Shown in pieces: positions 40,159 to 53,260 of a stretch of 64,000 nucleotides of DNA. Origin of the DNA: Octopus vulgaris (lineage: Eukaryota); the NCBI GenBank assembly GCA_951406725.2, contig OX597826.1, positions 35,402,001 to 35,466,000 of the forward strand, read 5' to 3'. The notes beneath the pieces were generated by a model, which searched no databases, was not told the origin of the DNA, and saw only the letters and a list, made by a program, of their open reading frames with translations. The translations under genes and the position numbers were made by a program. Each line of letters begins with the position of its first letter. The stretch's first letter is position 1.

Positions 40159-40769
40159 ATCACAATTTGTCATTCATCACTAAAGAATCGTCAAATAATA
40201 CCTCAGTCAAGTACTACGGTTGATTTCTGCTTCTTCTTCTTTCAAGATGTGAATGGGGCATAGAAGAAATGTTCATATAGCATTCTAACCAATTTCATTC
40301 ATTACTTTACTGTAGACAGAAGACAATAGTGACCACTAAACATAACATGTTTGCATATAACCTCATATCTTAATAATACACCTTTCACAATACCTATCAT
40401 GAGATACCTAACTTCGGTGGCTATTAGTGATTCTTTATACAACTAAATTTATCAGCCATTTAAAGTGTCTTCTACTACTGTTAGATACAGATTAATCTCA
40501 ATTAAATATGTTACAACTATTTTATAAAACAAACGACTTTTTTAGAAATGTAAACATCGTGTTTACCTGAATAAGAGATTCAACAATTGATAGTACATTG
40601 TTTTGTTTTAATTTCATGCAAAAAAATTTTTTTTATCTCTAACAAAAACAAATCATTATCAAAATATATCTGAAGTATAACAGAGTTAGTTATAAAAGTG
40701 AATTAATATTTTTGCAACCGAATTATTTTCGGAAAAATAAACAAACAACTACAATATTAAGAAAGGAAC

Positions 40770-40990
40770 TAAGATAGCGGGCTGGCAGAATCTTTAGCCT
40801 CCTGGGCAAAACGCTTGGTAGCATTTCATCTGTATTTACGTTCTGAATTCAAATTCTGCTGAGGTTGACTTTGCCCTTCATCCTTTCAGGGTCGATGAAA
40901 TAAATACCAGTTGAGTGCTGGGGTTGATATAATCGACTTACCCACCCAACGAATTTGTTGATTTTTGCCAAAATTTTAAACCAATATTAA
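40770..40990 (+). mobile_element. SINE family B monomer
   Basis: gctggcagaatc...ttctgaattcaaattctgctgaggttgactttgcccttcatcctttcagggtcgat...ccaatatt; aagaaaggaactaag / aagcaagaaactaag flanks suggest a TSD. Confidence 0.85.
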
Positions 40991-41894
40991 GCAAGAAACT
41001 AAGTGATAAAATTAATGTCGAGTGATGTGCAGTATTGTAGATATGGAGTATGAATGGATTATGAGTGACGGGAGGAACAGGAAGAGGAAAGGAAGTCATG
41101 ATGCTGACAAAGGAAGTTACGTAAGTGCAAGCGTTATGAGATGAGCTGGGAAGGAATTGGATGAAGTGTTGTTTGGATCTCGTATTTATGATGAAGTGGA
41201 TTTAAGAGAAGTGGAAATATGATCCTACAACTGAAATATCTAATTCACACCATGAAGATTAAAAGTAAAATCCCTTGGACCAGACCGTCGCAGTGTTTAA
41301 TCGTTGTAGACTGAGTGGATGGGAACAACGTGGAGTGGAGTGTTTTGCTCAAAACGAAACCCCAATTTTGCTTGTGTGCGTGCAACATCTTAACCATTTG
41401 GTCACTCTCTTTTACAATCCACACCGGTCCAGATGGAGGATAGATATGTAAACGGAACCCTTCACCCCTTGAATTTTTTTTTACAGAATCCCATATTTTA
41501 GGCTGTGGAGATTCTCATTCTGAAAAACTTTTCAAAAATCACAACTTAGATATTTGGATTCCCCCCTCCCCATTTTCTTCATTTTTCACTTCTTCTGTAA
41601 ATTTTTTTCTTTTTTTTTGGCGAAATATTTACAAAAATACAGAGATTAGGATACTGAAAAAAATTGTTTGCAAAATTTCAATTTTTCAACCCCAGCACCC
41701 TATTCGCATGCTGGAAATATGTAATCAATCTACTCACCTTGCTGCAAAGATTTGTTTCAGAGTAATTTTCCGCAGTAATATGACAAAATGAAATTAAAGC
41801 ACCCTTTTTTTTCTTTCTTTGAAAGTTATAAAAAGATATGGGTTTTGTCGAGAAGTGTGCTCGGGGAAGCCGCACCGGTAGAGTTTATTGGGGA

Positions 41895-42278
41895 TAGGCT
41901 GTGTAGCAAGTAGCTTTCTTACCAACCACATGGCTCCGAGTTCAGTCCCACTGCGTAGCACCTTGGGCAAGTGTCTTCTACTATAGCCTCAGGCCGACCA
42001 AAGCCTTGTGAGTGGATTTGGTAGACAGAAACTGAAAGAAACCCATTGTATATATGTATATATATGTGTGTGTATGTTTGTGTTTGTCCTCCCAACATCG
42101 CTTGACAACAGATGCTGGTGTGTTTACGTCCCTGTAACTTAGTGGTTTGGCAAAAGCCACTAATAGAATAAGTACTAGGATTACAAAGAATAATTCCTGA
42201 GGTTGATTTGCACGACTAAAGGTAGTGTTCCAGCATGGTCACAGTCAAATGACTGAAACAAGTAAAAGAGTAAAGAGT
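41895..42278 (+). mobile_element. SINE family A nested in the Merlin element
   Basis: Full family A copy with a (gtaaaaga)n tail. Confidence 0.9.
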
Positions 42279-42299
42279 GATGCGTTCGAGAAATGTACA

Positions 42300-42585
42300 G
42301 AAATTCTGGAAGTTTTTCTTTGCAGTAAATCCATACATTTCTCAATACGTCGATTCATCGACGCGTGACCTTTTCATGTCGCCCGATGATGCAGTCACAT
42401 ATTTTAGCCATCTTTTGATATTGGACCAATAGGCCTCAATGTGGTTTGTGCAAGCACCAGTTTCAGGGTCGATGAAATTCTTTGAATAGTCAACCGTTCT
42501 GTGAATGTAACCCAGCTGTTGTAAGTTCCTACAGCTGGCCCATTTGTCTGTATGTTATAGTACCGGGCAGCACATTTTTAATTAT
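42300..42585 (-). pseudogene. Merlin/ISXO2-like DDE transposase C-terminal fragment
   Basis: IIKNVLPGTI / frameshift / HTDKWASCRNLQQLGYIHRTVDYSKNFIDPETGACTNHIEAYWSNIKRWLK matches the family pattern TD.W..Y..L...GY.H.TVNH..FVDP.TG.HTN.IE..W...K. Confidence 0.88.
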
Positions 42586-44247
42586 AACAGCTTCTTGCGG
42601 GAAATTACTCTGAAAGAAATCTTTGCAGAAAGGTGAGTAGATCGATTACACATTTCTTTCATTATGTTATCACAGTTTTGTGAGATTTGGCTTTTATTTC
42701 TAGCATGTGACTAGCCAATTTGAGGTAGCGGATGTGGGGGGTGAAAAATTGAAATTTTACGCACAATTTTTTTCAGACTCATAATGTCTGTATTTTTGTA
42801 TGTATTTCACCAAAAAAAATTTCTGGAAAAAGTGAAGAATGAAGAAAAGGGGAGTGGGGAAATTGAAATTTTGAAATTGCGATTTTTGAAAATTCTTTTC
42901 AGAATCGAAATCTCCACAGCCTAAAGCGTTGGATTCCATAAAAAAAAAATTAAGTGGGGAAGGGTTCCGTTTACGTATCCTCCATCTGGACCTTCACACC
43001 ATTGAGAAAAAATAGAAACATCATAACAATAAGTATAAGGATTACAATACTGCTGACAAAAATGGTGATGCAAAGGAGGGGGGCAAAGAGGGTGAAGAAG
43101 AAAGAGGAGGACGAGGAGGCGGATAAGGTTAGGGAGGCGAAAGAGTTTCAGTATGATATTAGCGTGTGTTTGATCTGCTAACCATAGAAACTATTTTATG
43201 TGGATTTCTTTATTCGAATTTCATTCAAAGACCCACACTTTATATCTTCATGCTGGCTAATGATAATCTAAAACATGGTTCCAAACAGCTAATAATAGCA
43301 GTCAAAACTCCCGGAAATCACATCCTACATACTTAAAAAAAGACCTCATAATCCAATGTTAACTTTCCTGAAAACTGGGTGGCTATGGCTGGGATATCTT
43401 TCATAATTCCTCCTTTGGACTTCTTGGTTCAAATAATATCAAAACAGTATTTTACTGATAGTCACAAAAGTATACACTGAGATACACGCGCGAGCGCTCA
43501 CTCACACATAAGCGTGTGTGCGCAGACAGGCATGCACATACACACATATATATAATGGTAGAAACAAACATCATGTGTGATAATTATGAACATGTTTGAT
43601 ACAAACCATCGTTCATCCATCAATTACAAATGTTGTTCTCTGTAAATATATTTTAATATTATTCAAACTTACGGCGTAAGATACAAACGATATTCATGTA
43701 TATAAATTAATATAGTTTTCAGCATATCTTGTTTCTCTATAAACCTTACCACCATTACCTGTCACAAGTTTAAACAAGCAATAAAACGTTTTATATCCAA
43801 TTAAATTCAAAGTGATAAAATTCTTTGAAGTTCTCATAAAGTCTAAATAAACAATGTTCATGTAATTTCTCAATAATTAACAAAAAGATTATATATTTAT
43901 TTAAATGATGCGATGATTATCTAAAGAACATTGATTTGCAAAAGTAATAAAATCTGCAGTCAATTATTGAACTTTTTATCGTTGTTTTCATGAAAACACG
44001 GCAGCAAATTAGATCATTACTTAACTGTAGATTTAAAACAACTACCAGTAGAAACGCAGTAATCGAGTGGTGAGATATGAGCAAGCTTATGAACTTAAAT
44101 TCAATGCAGTACAATGAAACTGTTTTTGAAAAGCTAATGTAAACCGAAGAAAATGTTTCTTTATGTATGTGTATGTATGCATGGAGTTATATTGTTAAGC
44201 TCAAATGACTAGAACGCATGCCTGAAGAAAAAAAGAAAACATGCCAT

Positions 44248-45094
44248 GGATCTTTACCTTTTGACCGGCAGATTTAGAAAATAATTTTTTGTTACTAAAC
44301 ACTTTCAAACTTCATATACTGCTAGAATGTGTCATATATAAAACATATTTTACTCTTAGCGTTTTTGAGAAAACTTTATATTTATGAAGTTATTTCATGT
44401 AAAAGTTGACATATTTCGGTAATTTCCACCAATCAATGACGTGTATTCAGCTGAATAAAATTACTGCCGTTGTTTGTCAACCACAACTATTGGTGGTGTA
44501 TTTTTCATTTGTCACTGTTATTTATGACATTGTTCCTGCATTTGTACTGGTTTTAGCTTTAAGGTGTTAGGGTTAGAGTTTTAGGGTTATGGTTAAGGGG
44601 TTAGGGTTGGGGTTTTAGGGTTAGAGTTACGGAAAAAATTAAATATGAAGAAATTGGAGGGGTGGGGGTGGCAAAAATGTCTTTCTGAAAATAGTAGCTA
44701 AAAAACAAGAAAAAAAACTAAAAGCAGTAGAAATGCACAAACAATTATGGTGGTGCCACGAAGTAAACATGCTTCAGATACACTTGTTTATTCATACAGA
44801 CATAACTGAGATAAAATATGTCATAAACAACAGTGACAAATGAAGTACACACCGCCGGAAGTTGTTGACAGTATTTTTTTCAGCTGAATGCACGTCATTG
44901 ATTGGTTGGAATTACCAAAATACGACACCCTTAGCACAAAATAACTTCGTAAATATAGAGTTTTTTCAAAAAGAGTAAAAGAGTAAAAGATGTTTTATAT
45001 GACACATTCTACCAGTATACAAAGATACAAAGTTTGAAAGTGTTTAGTTCCAAAAAATTATTTTCTAAATCTGCCGGTCACAAGGTAGAGATCC
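44248..45094. mobile_element. MITE with ~280-bp TIRs and internal telomere-like repeats (Merlin-like)
   Basis: ggatctttaccttttgaccggcagatttagaaaataatttttt / aaaaaattattttctaaatctgccggtcacaaggtagagatcc. Imperfect 8-bp TSD catgccat / catgccgc. Confidence 0.85.
44565..44630 (+). repeat. Degenerate interstitial (TTAGGG)n
   Basis: gttagggttagagttttagggttatggttaaggggttagggttggggttttagggttagagtta. Confidence 0.8.
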
Positions 45095-45709
45095 CATGCC
45101 GCTCATCACTTGTCTATCAATGGATTTTCAAGGTTTTGATACCTTAGGACTTCTCCCCTCCAGCCAGAATCGTAGGAAAGCTTCATGCACGGTTGTTAAG
45201 AATTGATAGAATGAAGAGGAGACGTAGAATAGACTAAAATGTACAGTGAGAAATCTTGGCGATGTGACAGAGAAAACACAAACCACATGAAACAAATTAC
45301 GGTTAAGACTCAGGCACAAAAGAAAAGCAAAACAAAATGAGTTATGCTTCTTTATGTGTTCAGCTGAAATCCCACTGAGGCGAACTCTGCCGTTTATCTT
45401 TACGACTTCGAAAAACTAAAGCAACATCTTAGAACAGAAGTCAATGTAATTGATAAACTTCTGTCTCAGGAAACTGCTGGCATCGTGCCTAGAATTAGAA
45501 GCTATTATTCACAATCTATATTCTTTAGTATCTATAGATTTATGACGACAATGCATGAAAACAGCCAAAGTAAAGTTGAGTTAATCAATTTCGTAAATAG
45601 ATTGAAATGACTAGGTATCATTATATATCAATATTTATGTAACATAATATTTATCTCCACCAGGTACCATATTTTATAAATAGGAAACCTATGATGTTAT
45701 TTAATACTT

Positions 45710-45743
45710 ACCTGTAGTTCTCTAACCTACCACAGCACGCAGC
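45710..45743 (-). other. Candidate 34-nt exon (unverified)
   Basis: Minus strand aacttctag|TCGCTGCGTGCTGTGGTAGGTTAGAGAACTACAG|gtaagta: consensus donor, one open frame (xAACCGRLENYx), GC-rich island in AT-rich DNA. Confidence 0.3.
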
Positions 45744-46845
45744 GACTAGAAGTTTATAAGTGAACATAACCCATTAATTCAGAGATAAATGTAATGTTTA
45801 AAGTCTATTAGGTATTATGTAAGAAAGACTGAAAACAACATCAATTCAATTATTGATGTGTGTTTATCAAATCCATCTGAGAATACAATCTAATAATAGA
45901 AATGTCTTAAATTAGTAAAGGCTTAGTTGATACAAACGGATGAATTTGTGTGAAGTAGCTTACATAGTATTAAAGTATTACTGGGAATGGGCAAACTACA
46001 GCAGGATGTCTATCATCGGTGCGCATTAGAGAAGAGAGATTACAATAAGGATTAGAGTGATATATACACTGACTGTTTAAATTCCAATTTGCTTTGTATT
46101 AAACGCTGCTATAAAGTTTGAAAATCCAAACAGATTCGATTACAAGTACGCCATGGTAATTTTCAGTGGCTTTCATTAAGATTTGAATAAGAATACATCA
46201 GCATTACGAAGTTTTATTGGAATTTTATAGAAATGAAATATTATATCAGCTGAATAAAATATAAAATATAACAACAAGCGAAGATTCAATACAACGAATT
46301 TAAAAAGATTCGATTTGACTATTTGGCCTTTTCCAATATCTTCTATATATTTCCCCATGTGACATTATTATTTCATTTCTGAAATGGCCAGACATGAAGA
46401 CATCAAGATTTATATTATTTTCATTTGCATTAATATTCGGTTACTTGTTCAGAATCTTCATCATTTGGACAGTTTTCTAATTTACATATACCTATGTCTA
46501 GCTTATTGTCAGTGTAGGTACATATATAGGTACATACACACACAAACACACTCACACAAACATACACACATATGTATATATGTATACATACACAATTACA
46601 TATACACATAATGTATGTGCCTGTGTGTGCGTGTGTTTGTGTATATAGATACGTATATAAATAGATATACATCTATACAACAATATTCATAGACATATAT
46701 TTAAAAAGTGAGAGCTTGAGATCATCTGTATGGAAAACACGTAGTAGTGCTCAGATGATTTGAACTTACACTCTGAAATCTTTATCGATAGAGATATATT
46801 TGCATATATGTGGCTATGTACGCACATTAATATACATACATGTAA

Positions 46846-47105
46846 AAAGGTAAAGGCAAAGTTACCTGTTCGAGTCATACCGATTCACAAGGCCTGGTTC
46901 CATGGTTTCACGGTGTATATATTCCCCACCTGGATTGGACACCAAGCCATCGTAGGGTTATTCCTTTTTACCAGCTGAGTGGACTGAAGCAACGTGAAAT
47001 GAAGTGTTTTGCTCAAGAATACAGTGCATCGCCCGGTCTAGGAATTGAAATCACAATCTTATGAACATGAATCCAAAACACTAACCACTAAGCCAGGCAC
47101 CTCCA
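46846..47105 (-). mobile_element. tRNA-derived CORE-like SINE, family D
   Basis: Minus strand tggaggtgcctggcttagtggttagtg...ttcaattcctagaccgggcga...ttcttgagcaaaacacttcatttcacgttgcttcagtccactcagctgg; (ttacct)-type tail. A related fragment lies at ~41260-41405. Confidence 0.8.
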
Positions 47106-47915
47106 CATACATGTAGATGTATGTATGTGTACTTTTATATATATCAGGGGTGTATATTTCATGTTTGCCAGGTGTGCGCTGCACAGCCATCGAAAATGGC
47201 AGATTCATTTTAAATATTAACGTTGCTTATAATTTTAATTACATATCTTAATGGAAAACTTTTGTTATATCCCCTACTTGAAATTTGGCACCATTGGGTG
47301 CGGCAGCACACACAAAACAACAACCACCATACGCCACTAATACATTACACATACACACACATATAGATACATACACACACGCACACACATATATATCTAA
47401 AGCCTACTCCTACCCTGCTTCTTTTTATAGACACTTACTTATATCCAACTGACTACTCCCAATGTCTTATTTCCTCCCTGGAGAAAAAGGGATCCATATG
47501 ATGATATTTATGGGCATACCCCTAGCCATGAGCTGTCAACCTACTCTTGTCCTATATTCAAAATAGACACAATTTTCTAGAATCAGATTTAGTAGTTGAT
47601 AAAGAGATAAATGAATTAGAAATGAATTACAATAGAATTACAATACCTTACAACACTATGACCGCACTAGGCTTCATGTGACTCTTAGAAGTTGTAGTCT
47701 CTTCCTAGCTATAATAGCGACAACATGAATTTCTTCCATCTTCTTACTCTGTTAGAATATTTAAGAAAGTTTATATTAATGTTTCCTACTTGTTAAAACT
47801 CCATTTATTTATTTGTGCAGCTGAAGACAGCACTGCATTTAAATTGATGTAATGATTGCATCATTCAATGAAATGGATCCACTTGAAGCGGTCGTGCAGC
47901 ATCACTACTTGATGC

Positions 47916-47992
<77 letters not shown>

Positions 47993-48233
47993 TATATACA
48001 TACATACACGCACACACGCATATATAGTAAAATTCATATCGAATGGGTTTAGGTTTTCCTTCACGGCTTATTCAACCAGGTTAATATACGCACCCAAATT
48101 TTAAGTCATACTGAACACAAATTTTACTCTCAATTTCATAGGCTCTCAGTATTGAAATCGTGCAAGATTGTTATTCTTACACTTGCTTTAAAATATGTTT
48201 GTTATATAAAAATAGTTGTCTTTTCTTCTAATT

Positions 48234-48601
48234 GTTTCAGTGATTTGACAGCGGCTATGCTGGCGCATCGCCATTAGTCGATCACATTAATCACAGGACT
48301 TCTTTGTAAGCCTAGTATTTATTCTATCGGTCTCTGATATCGAACTGCTAAGTTACAGGGATGTAAACACACTAATATCGATCGTTAAGCAATGGTGGGG
48401 AACATACACAGACATACAAATAGATACATACATATATACGACGGGATTCTTTCAGTTTCCGTCTACCAAATCCACTCACATGGCTTGGTCGGCCTGAGGC
48501 TATAGTAGAAGACACTTGCTCAAGGTGCCATGCAGTGGGACTGAACCCAGAACCATGTGGCTGGGAAGCAAGCCTTTTACCACACAGCCACTCCTGCACC
48601 T
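48234..48601 (-). mobile_element. SINE family A
   Basis: Full reverse-complement match. Confidence 0.9.
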
Positions 48602-49122
48602 ATATATATATGTGTGTGTGTTTAATTTACAAGGAAAGGTCCGAAGAAATAGTTAATGAACACTGTTATTTATGAGCTCATCCCTGATAAGATTGCTGCG
48701 TTATTTTTCTTCCCGAATTAATTTTAATGTATCCATTGAAACATATAAATGATTTATATAACTTTTGCGTTTGTCTCCCCTTTCCATTTCTCTTATATAT
48801 ATATATTTGGAATGACCATTTAGAATAAACTTTTCAAAATATTCGAGTATTTATATTTTTCTAATATAAAGTGAGTGTTCCTATGCCTAAAACAGATCTG
48901 AGAACAGCTGTGATTAATGGAGGGAATTTCAGCTTCCTGCTAAAATTCTTGGGAGCAAAGATTTCAACGAAGCCCATCACCTTGAGTGTGATATATATAT
49001 TGGTAAGCATTTGTTACTGTGGAATGTTTGAGAAAAATATGTTGGTTATTCATACTTGATGCAACTTTTGTATTCAAGCCATAATTTCCCAGCAAAGCCA
49101 GTAAAGAGGTATCCATGATATA

Positions 49123-49511
49123 CGTGGAGGCGCAATGGCCCAGTGGTTAGGGCAGCGGACTCGCGGTCATAGGATCGCGGTTTCGATTCCCAGACCGGGC
49201 GTTGTGAGTGTTTATTGCGCGAAAACACCTAAAAGCTCCACGAGGCTCCGGCAGGGGATGGTGGTGATCCCTGCTGTACTCTTTCACCACAACTTTCTCT
49301 CACTCTTACTTCCTGTTTCTGTTGTACCTGTATTTCAAGGGGCCGGCCTTGTCACTCTCTGTGTCACGCTGAATATCCCCGAGAACTACGTTAAGGGTGC
49401 TCGTGTCTGTGGAGTGCTCAGCCACTTACACGTTAATTTCACGAGCAGGCTGTTCTGTTGATTCGGGTCAACCGGAACCCTCATCATCGTAACCGACGGA
49501 GTGCTTCCATA
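49123..49511 (+). mobile_element. tRNA-derived SINE family C, full length with TSD
   Basis: A box tggcccagtgg, B box gtttcgattcc. 9-bp TSD catgatata at 49114-49122 and 49512-49520. Confidence 0.93.
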
Positions 49512-51844
49512 CATGATATAGTAAAACTGCACAAACACCGAGTTGAAGATGCGGGTAGTTTACCGCAGGCGAAATGGTGATCTAGTAAAGTACTGTGAAC
49601 ATCCACAAATATTTCTTGACTGATTTTTCTCTCTAAAATATATACCTCAGTGCTGACATTCTAAACTGATGGCTGGATGAAAGCTGAAGTGGAAGAGAAT
49701 AGTGGAAGGAGGTAAGGTGAAGAAGTAGTAAGTAAGTTGCAGGTGAAGTGAAACCTTTGTTGAGACTTCAGAAGTCACATTTACAAAGGTTACAATTGAA
49801 TTAAGAACAAGGAATATAAGACTTGATGTGAGTGTGTTGGGATGAAACGAACTCGCAATAAAAGTGAGAAGCGAGAGGTAATATGCCAGGGAGGTTGAAG
49901 TAATACTGCGAATTTTGGCTTGTTGTTCTTTGAAATAATCCAAGACAGTCCTGTGCTGTGGGCCATCGAATAAAAAAACAATGATACAATGATCAGTTAT
50001 AGTTAATCAATAGCTAATGTATTAGTGGGTGGATGGGTGAGATTTTCCTATGCCTGCCTCTTAACCTGGATATGCTTTTTACAGCGTTACCACAGAGCAA
50101 ATACGGATTACTAAGACTAGATAGAGTATATAGGTACACGGCTTTGTCGTTGTGTGCATGTGTATACAGATGCATGTATTTTCTTTATTCTCTTGCATTA
50201 AAATATATCAAGCTTATCTTTGAATGGTCATGTCATTGGGTTTGACATTTATGCCATGGCATTAAGAATATGGCAAACCTAAAAGAATGCAAAATATTTA
50301 CAAATAAACCAAAATAGGCATCTTCTTTATAAGATCCTAATCTATTGCAGATTTGTTTTCGTAGAAATGTATTTGACATGCATTAGTACAACATGAAATC
50401 TGCACACACACACACACGATATTGCAATGAGGAATATACATGTAATTTATCATTTGACAAAGATTAAATTTTATTTTTTAAATAACTCAGTGTCAGTTGC
50501 AATTTTCAAGGATGAATTTGCTTTTTATCTTAGTTCGCTCCTTAGTTTATTCAGATATTATCCTCCCTAGTTTGCTCTTCATACCCAGCAGTCATGTCCA
50601 ATTACATATGATTCAGAATATTTAAAATTTTATTCCTTAAGTTCATCTTGGTGTATAGCTTTCCTAAATAGTTAACTATTGCTGAATAACTGTTTCTTTT
50701 CTTTTTTTCCTATTTGCGATTTCTTTATAAAGATTCGTTTGGTGTCGATGTTTTTAGAATATATTTTATGTAGAAATACTTTCAGATTATAAGAAGTGTG
50801 TCTTTGAAGCAAACGTACAGGAAGAAATATTCAATTTGATTACTTCACGAAAAGGAGACCAGAAGCATAAATTTGGGTGCACTTTCTTAACAAGAAACAT
50901 ATTCGTTACATTTCATAAATTTGTCTTCTTTTTGTTTTCACAATCTTTCCTGTTTCTTTTATTTCAAAATGTTAGGTTTATTTAAAAAACTTCTGGAGAA
51001 ATTAATTTTCAAAAACTGGAAAAGAAATCTATAATTACTTAAATTTCAAGAGGAGATATCTATGTTGGTAAGTGGATATACAAATAGAAACTTAAATAGT
51101 AGTAAGTTGTGATATATTTTTTTAATTTTTCGCTTGTAAAATCTATGTTTAACCCAATGAGGCCAACGTTTCGCTAAAAGAATATCTAGAAACATATTAG
51201 AAGACCATATTCCTACAAATAGCACAAGGCATCTCTGAGTTATAGCTATCAATGAGGCAACATTAATACAATGAAAAGTTGTAGTCAATTAATAGTTAAT
51301 ATTATGAACATAATATTATGAAATAAGAAAGTAGATTAACATATATTTATTAATCATTTTTGCAGGTGTCTGTAGTTAAGGCAATTAAATTGAATTAAAA
51401 GTATTTCATTAGAAGTCTTACACAAAGGCGATACATTTGTAGGGTCATTAAAGCATTGAATAAAGTGCCTTGTGGCATTCATTCTGATTCTAGCGTTTTG
51501 AGTTCAAATCCCACTGAGATAAACTTTATCATTCACCATTTCGGCACTGATGATAGATTAGGAGATTGGTTGGAACGTCAGAAATGATTTCCTGGAGAGA
51601 ACTAATCAACCAATAAGAGGAGCATATTCGACATCAAAGCAAAGTTGGTCAACATGAACTGGTAGGCTTACAAGCAGCATAAAGTAAATGAAATCGATAA
51701 TCTATTAATTGGTTAATTCATATGAAAACCATAAAAATGTACACAGATAAAGAGCAAAGTTTTAAAAGTTTCAGTTGCTACATCAGATAGCATCTCTCCT
51801 CAACTTACATCACAGCTTATTTTTGCATTCCTTCTCTCCGCACT

Positions 51845-52573
51845 CTTTTACTCTTTTACTTGTTTCAGTCATGTGACTGTGGCCATGCTGGAGTACCACC
51901 TTTAGTCGAGCAAATCGACCTCAGGACTTATTCTTTGAAAGACTAGTACTTATTCTATCGGTCTCTTTTGCCGAACCGCTAATTTACGGGGACATAAACA
52001 CACCAGCATCGATGTGGAGGGACAGGCGATGTTGGGGGGACAAATGCAGACACATATATATACATATATACGACGGGCTTCTTTCAGTTTCTATCTACCA
52101 AATCCACTCACATATAAATATCAAATGGAAATTGTAGTTATAATACCTGTGCCGGTGGCAAGTAAAAAGTACTATCCGAACGTGGCCGATGCCAGCACCG
52201 GTGGCACGTAATAAGCACCAACCGATCGTGGCTGCTGCCAGCCTCCCCTGGCACCTGTGCCAGTGGCACGTAAAAAGCACCCACTACACTCACGGAGTGG
52301 TTGGCGTTACGAAGGGCATCCAGCTGTAGAAGCACTGTCAGATAAGACTGGAGCCTGGTGCAGCCTCCTGGCTTCACAGAACCCGGTCGAACCATCCAAC
52401 CCGTGCTAGCACGGAACACAGACGTTAAACGATGATGATGATGGTGAAGGCTTTGGTCAGCCCGAGGCTTTGGCTATAGTTGAAGACACTTGCCCAAGGT
52501 GCCATACAGTGGGACTGAACCTGGAACCATGTGGTTGGGTAGCAAGCTACTTACCACATAGCCACTCCTGCGC
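51845..52573 (-). mobile_element. SINE family A split by a nested insertion
   Basis: Host sequence ccactcaca|aggctttggtc is interrupted between ~52112 and ~52447. Confidence 0.88.
52112..52447 (+). mobile_element. 5'-truncated retroposon with a (GAT)n tail (RTE-type tail, SINE family E)
   Basis: Three copies of gtggcacgtaaaaagcac, then ggagtggttggcgttacgaagggcatccagctgtagaa...gacgttaaacgatgatgatgatg. Confidence 0.8.
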
Positions 52574-52899
52574 ACTGAGTAAATATTTTCCAAACTATAT
52601 ACATACACACCCACACGCATACTTATATGTACGGTTCTGTGTGCGCGTGTGTGTAAGCTGCTTTTTTCTAAGTTTGGGTTTGTCATTTCAACAAAGTAAA
52701 GAACCGTTACTAATACCACAAGAGAAATGTTGGAGTTGCTGTCACATTCTACCTAAATGAAACGGAAAGACATATTGGCTTGTCCGGTTTGCAGCACACC
52801 AAAGGCAGTTAACTCCCATGAAAGCATCTTGCAGCTGACATATTTAGATGGGTATCTGCTTGTCATACAGCTTCTGTCCAAACGGATAGGCTCAATATG

Positions 52900-53260
52900 A
52901 TTCATTTTACCACATTACCAGGGCGGATATGTTGCAAATCTCTAGGATGGTGAAAGGAAGACCATTCACTTGCTATAAATGTAGTACAGTATAAAAGACC
53001 ATTTGAAGAAGATCTCAGAAGAAGAAGCAGCAAAACCCAAACTAATGTGGCACACTGCAGCTGAAACAATAACAAAAATAGATTCAAATGAGGAAACCAA
53101 TGGTTGCTGCTGTCACTGTCTTTGGCACATTATCTCCTGCAAGTCTTTGGATAGGTAGAAGGAAATACACGTATCGTCCATTCCACAAGTACTAGACACT
53201 GAGATACCTATAGGCCATCCCAGGACTGGCCAGTAGCTTTGAACAGCAGTTGTACACCAT
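52900..53260 (+). mobile_element. Possible decayed RLE non-LTR retrotransposon (CCHC zinc-knuckle region)
   Basis: Frameshifted HIISCKSL...KYTYR..QVL resembles H.LS.C..L..GRY.WRH.QVL. Confidence 0.35.

Larger units (their letters stand above)
41426..42992 (-). mobile_element. Merlin (IS1016/IS1595-like) DNA transposon, internally deleted
   Basis: TIRs ggtccagatggagga... / ...tcctccatctggacc, with inverted similarity extending ~360 bp. 8-bp TSD tccacacc / ttcacacc. DDE remnant inside. Confidence 0.88.

Noticed and set aside
44565-44630. True telomere or chromosome fusion site
   Set aside because: Short, degenerate and enclosed by MITE TIRs.
47145-47339. MITE with caggggtgtat / atacgccacta ends
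   Set aside because: Only an ~11-bp imperfect inverted match and no verifiable TSD.
49125-49200. tRNA gene
   Set aside because: A and B boxes are present but the acceptor stem does not pair and it continues into a 390-bp multi-copy body with a TSD, so it is a SINE head.
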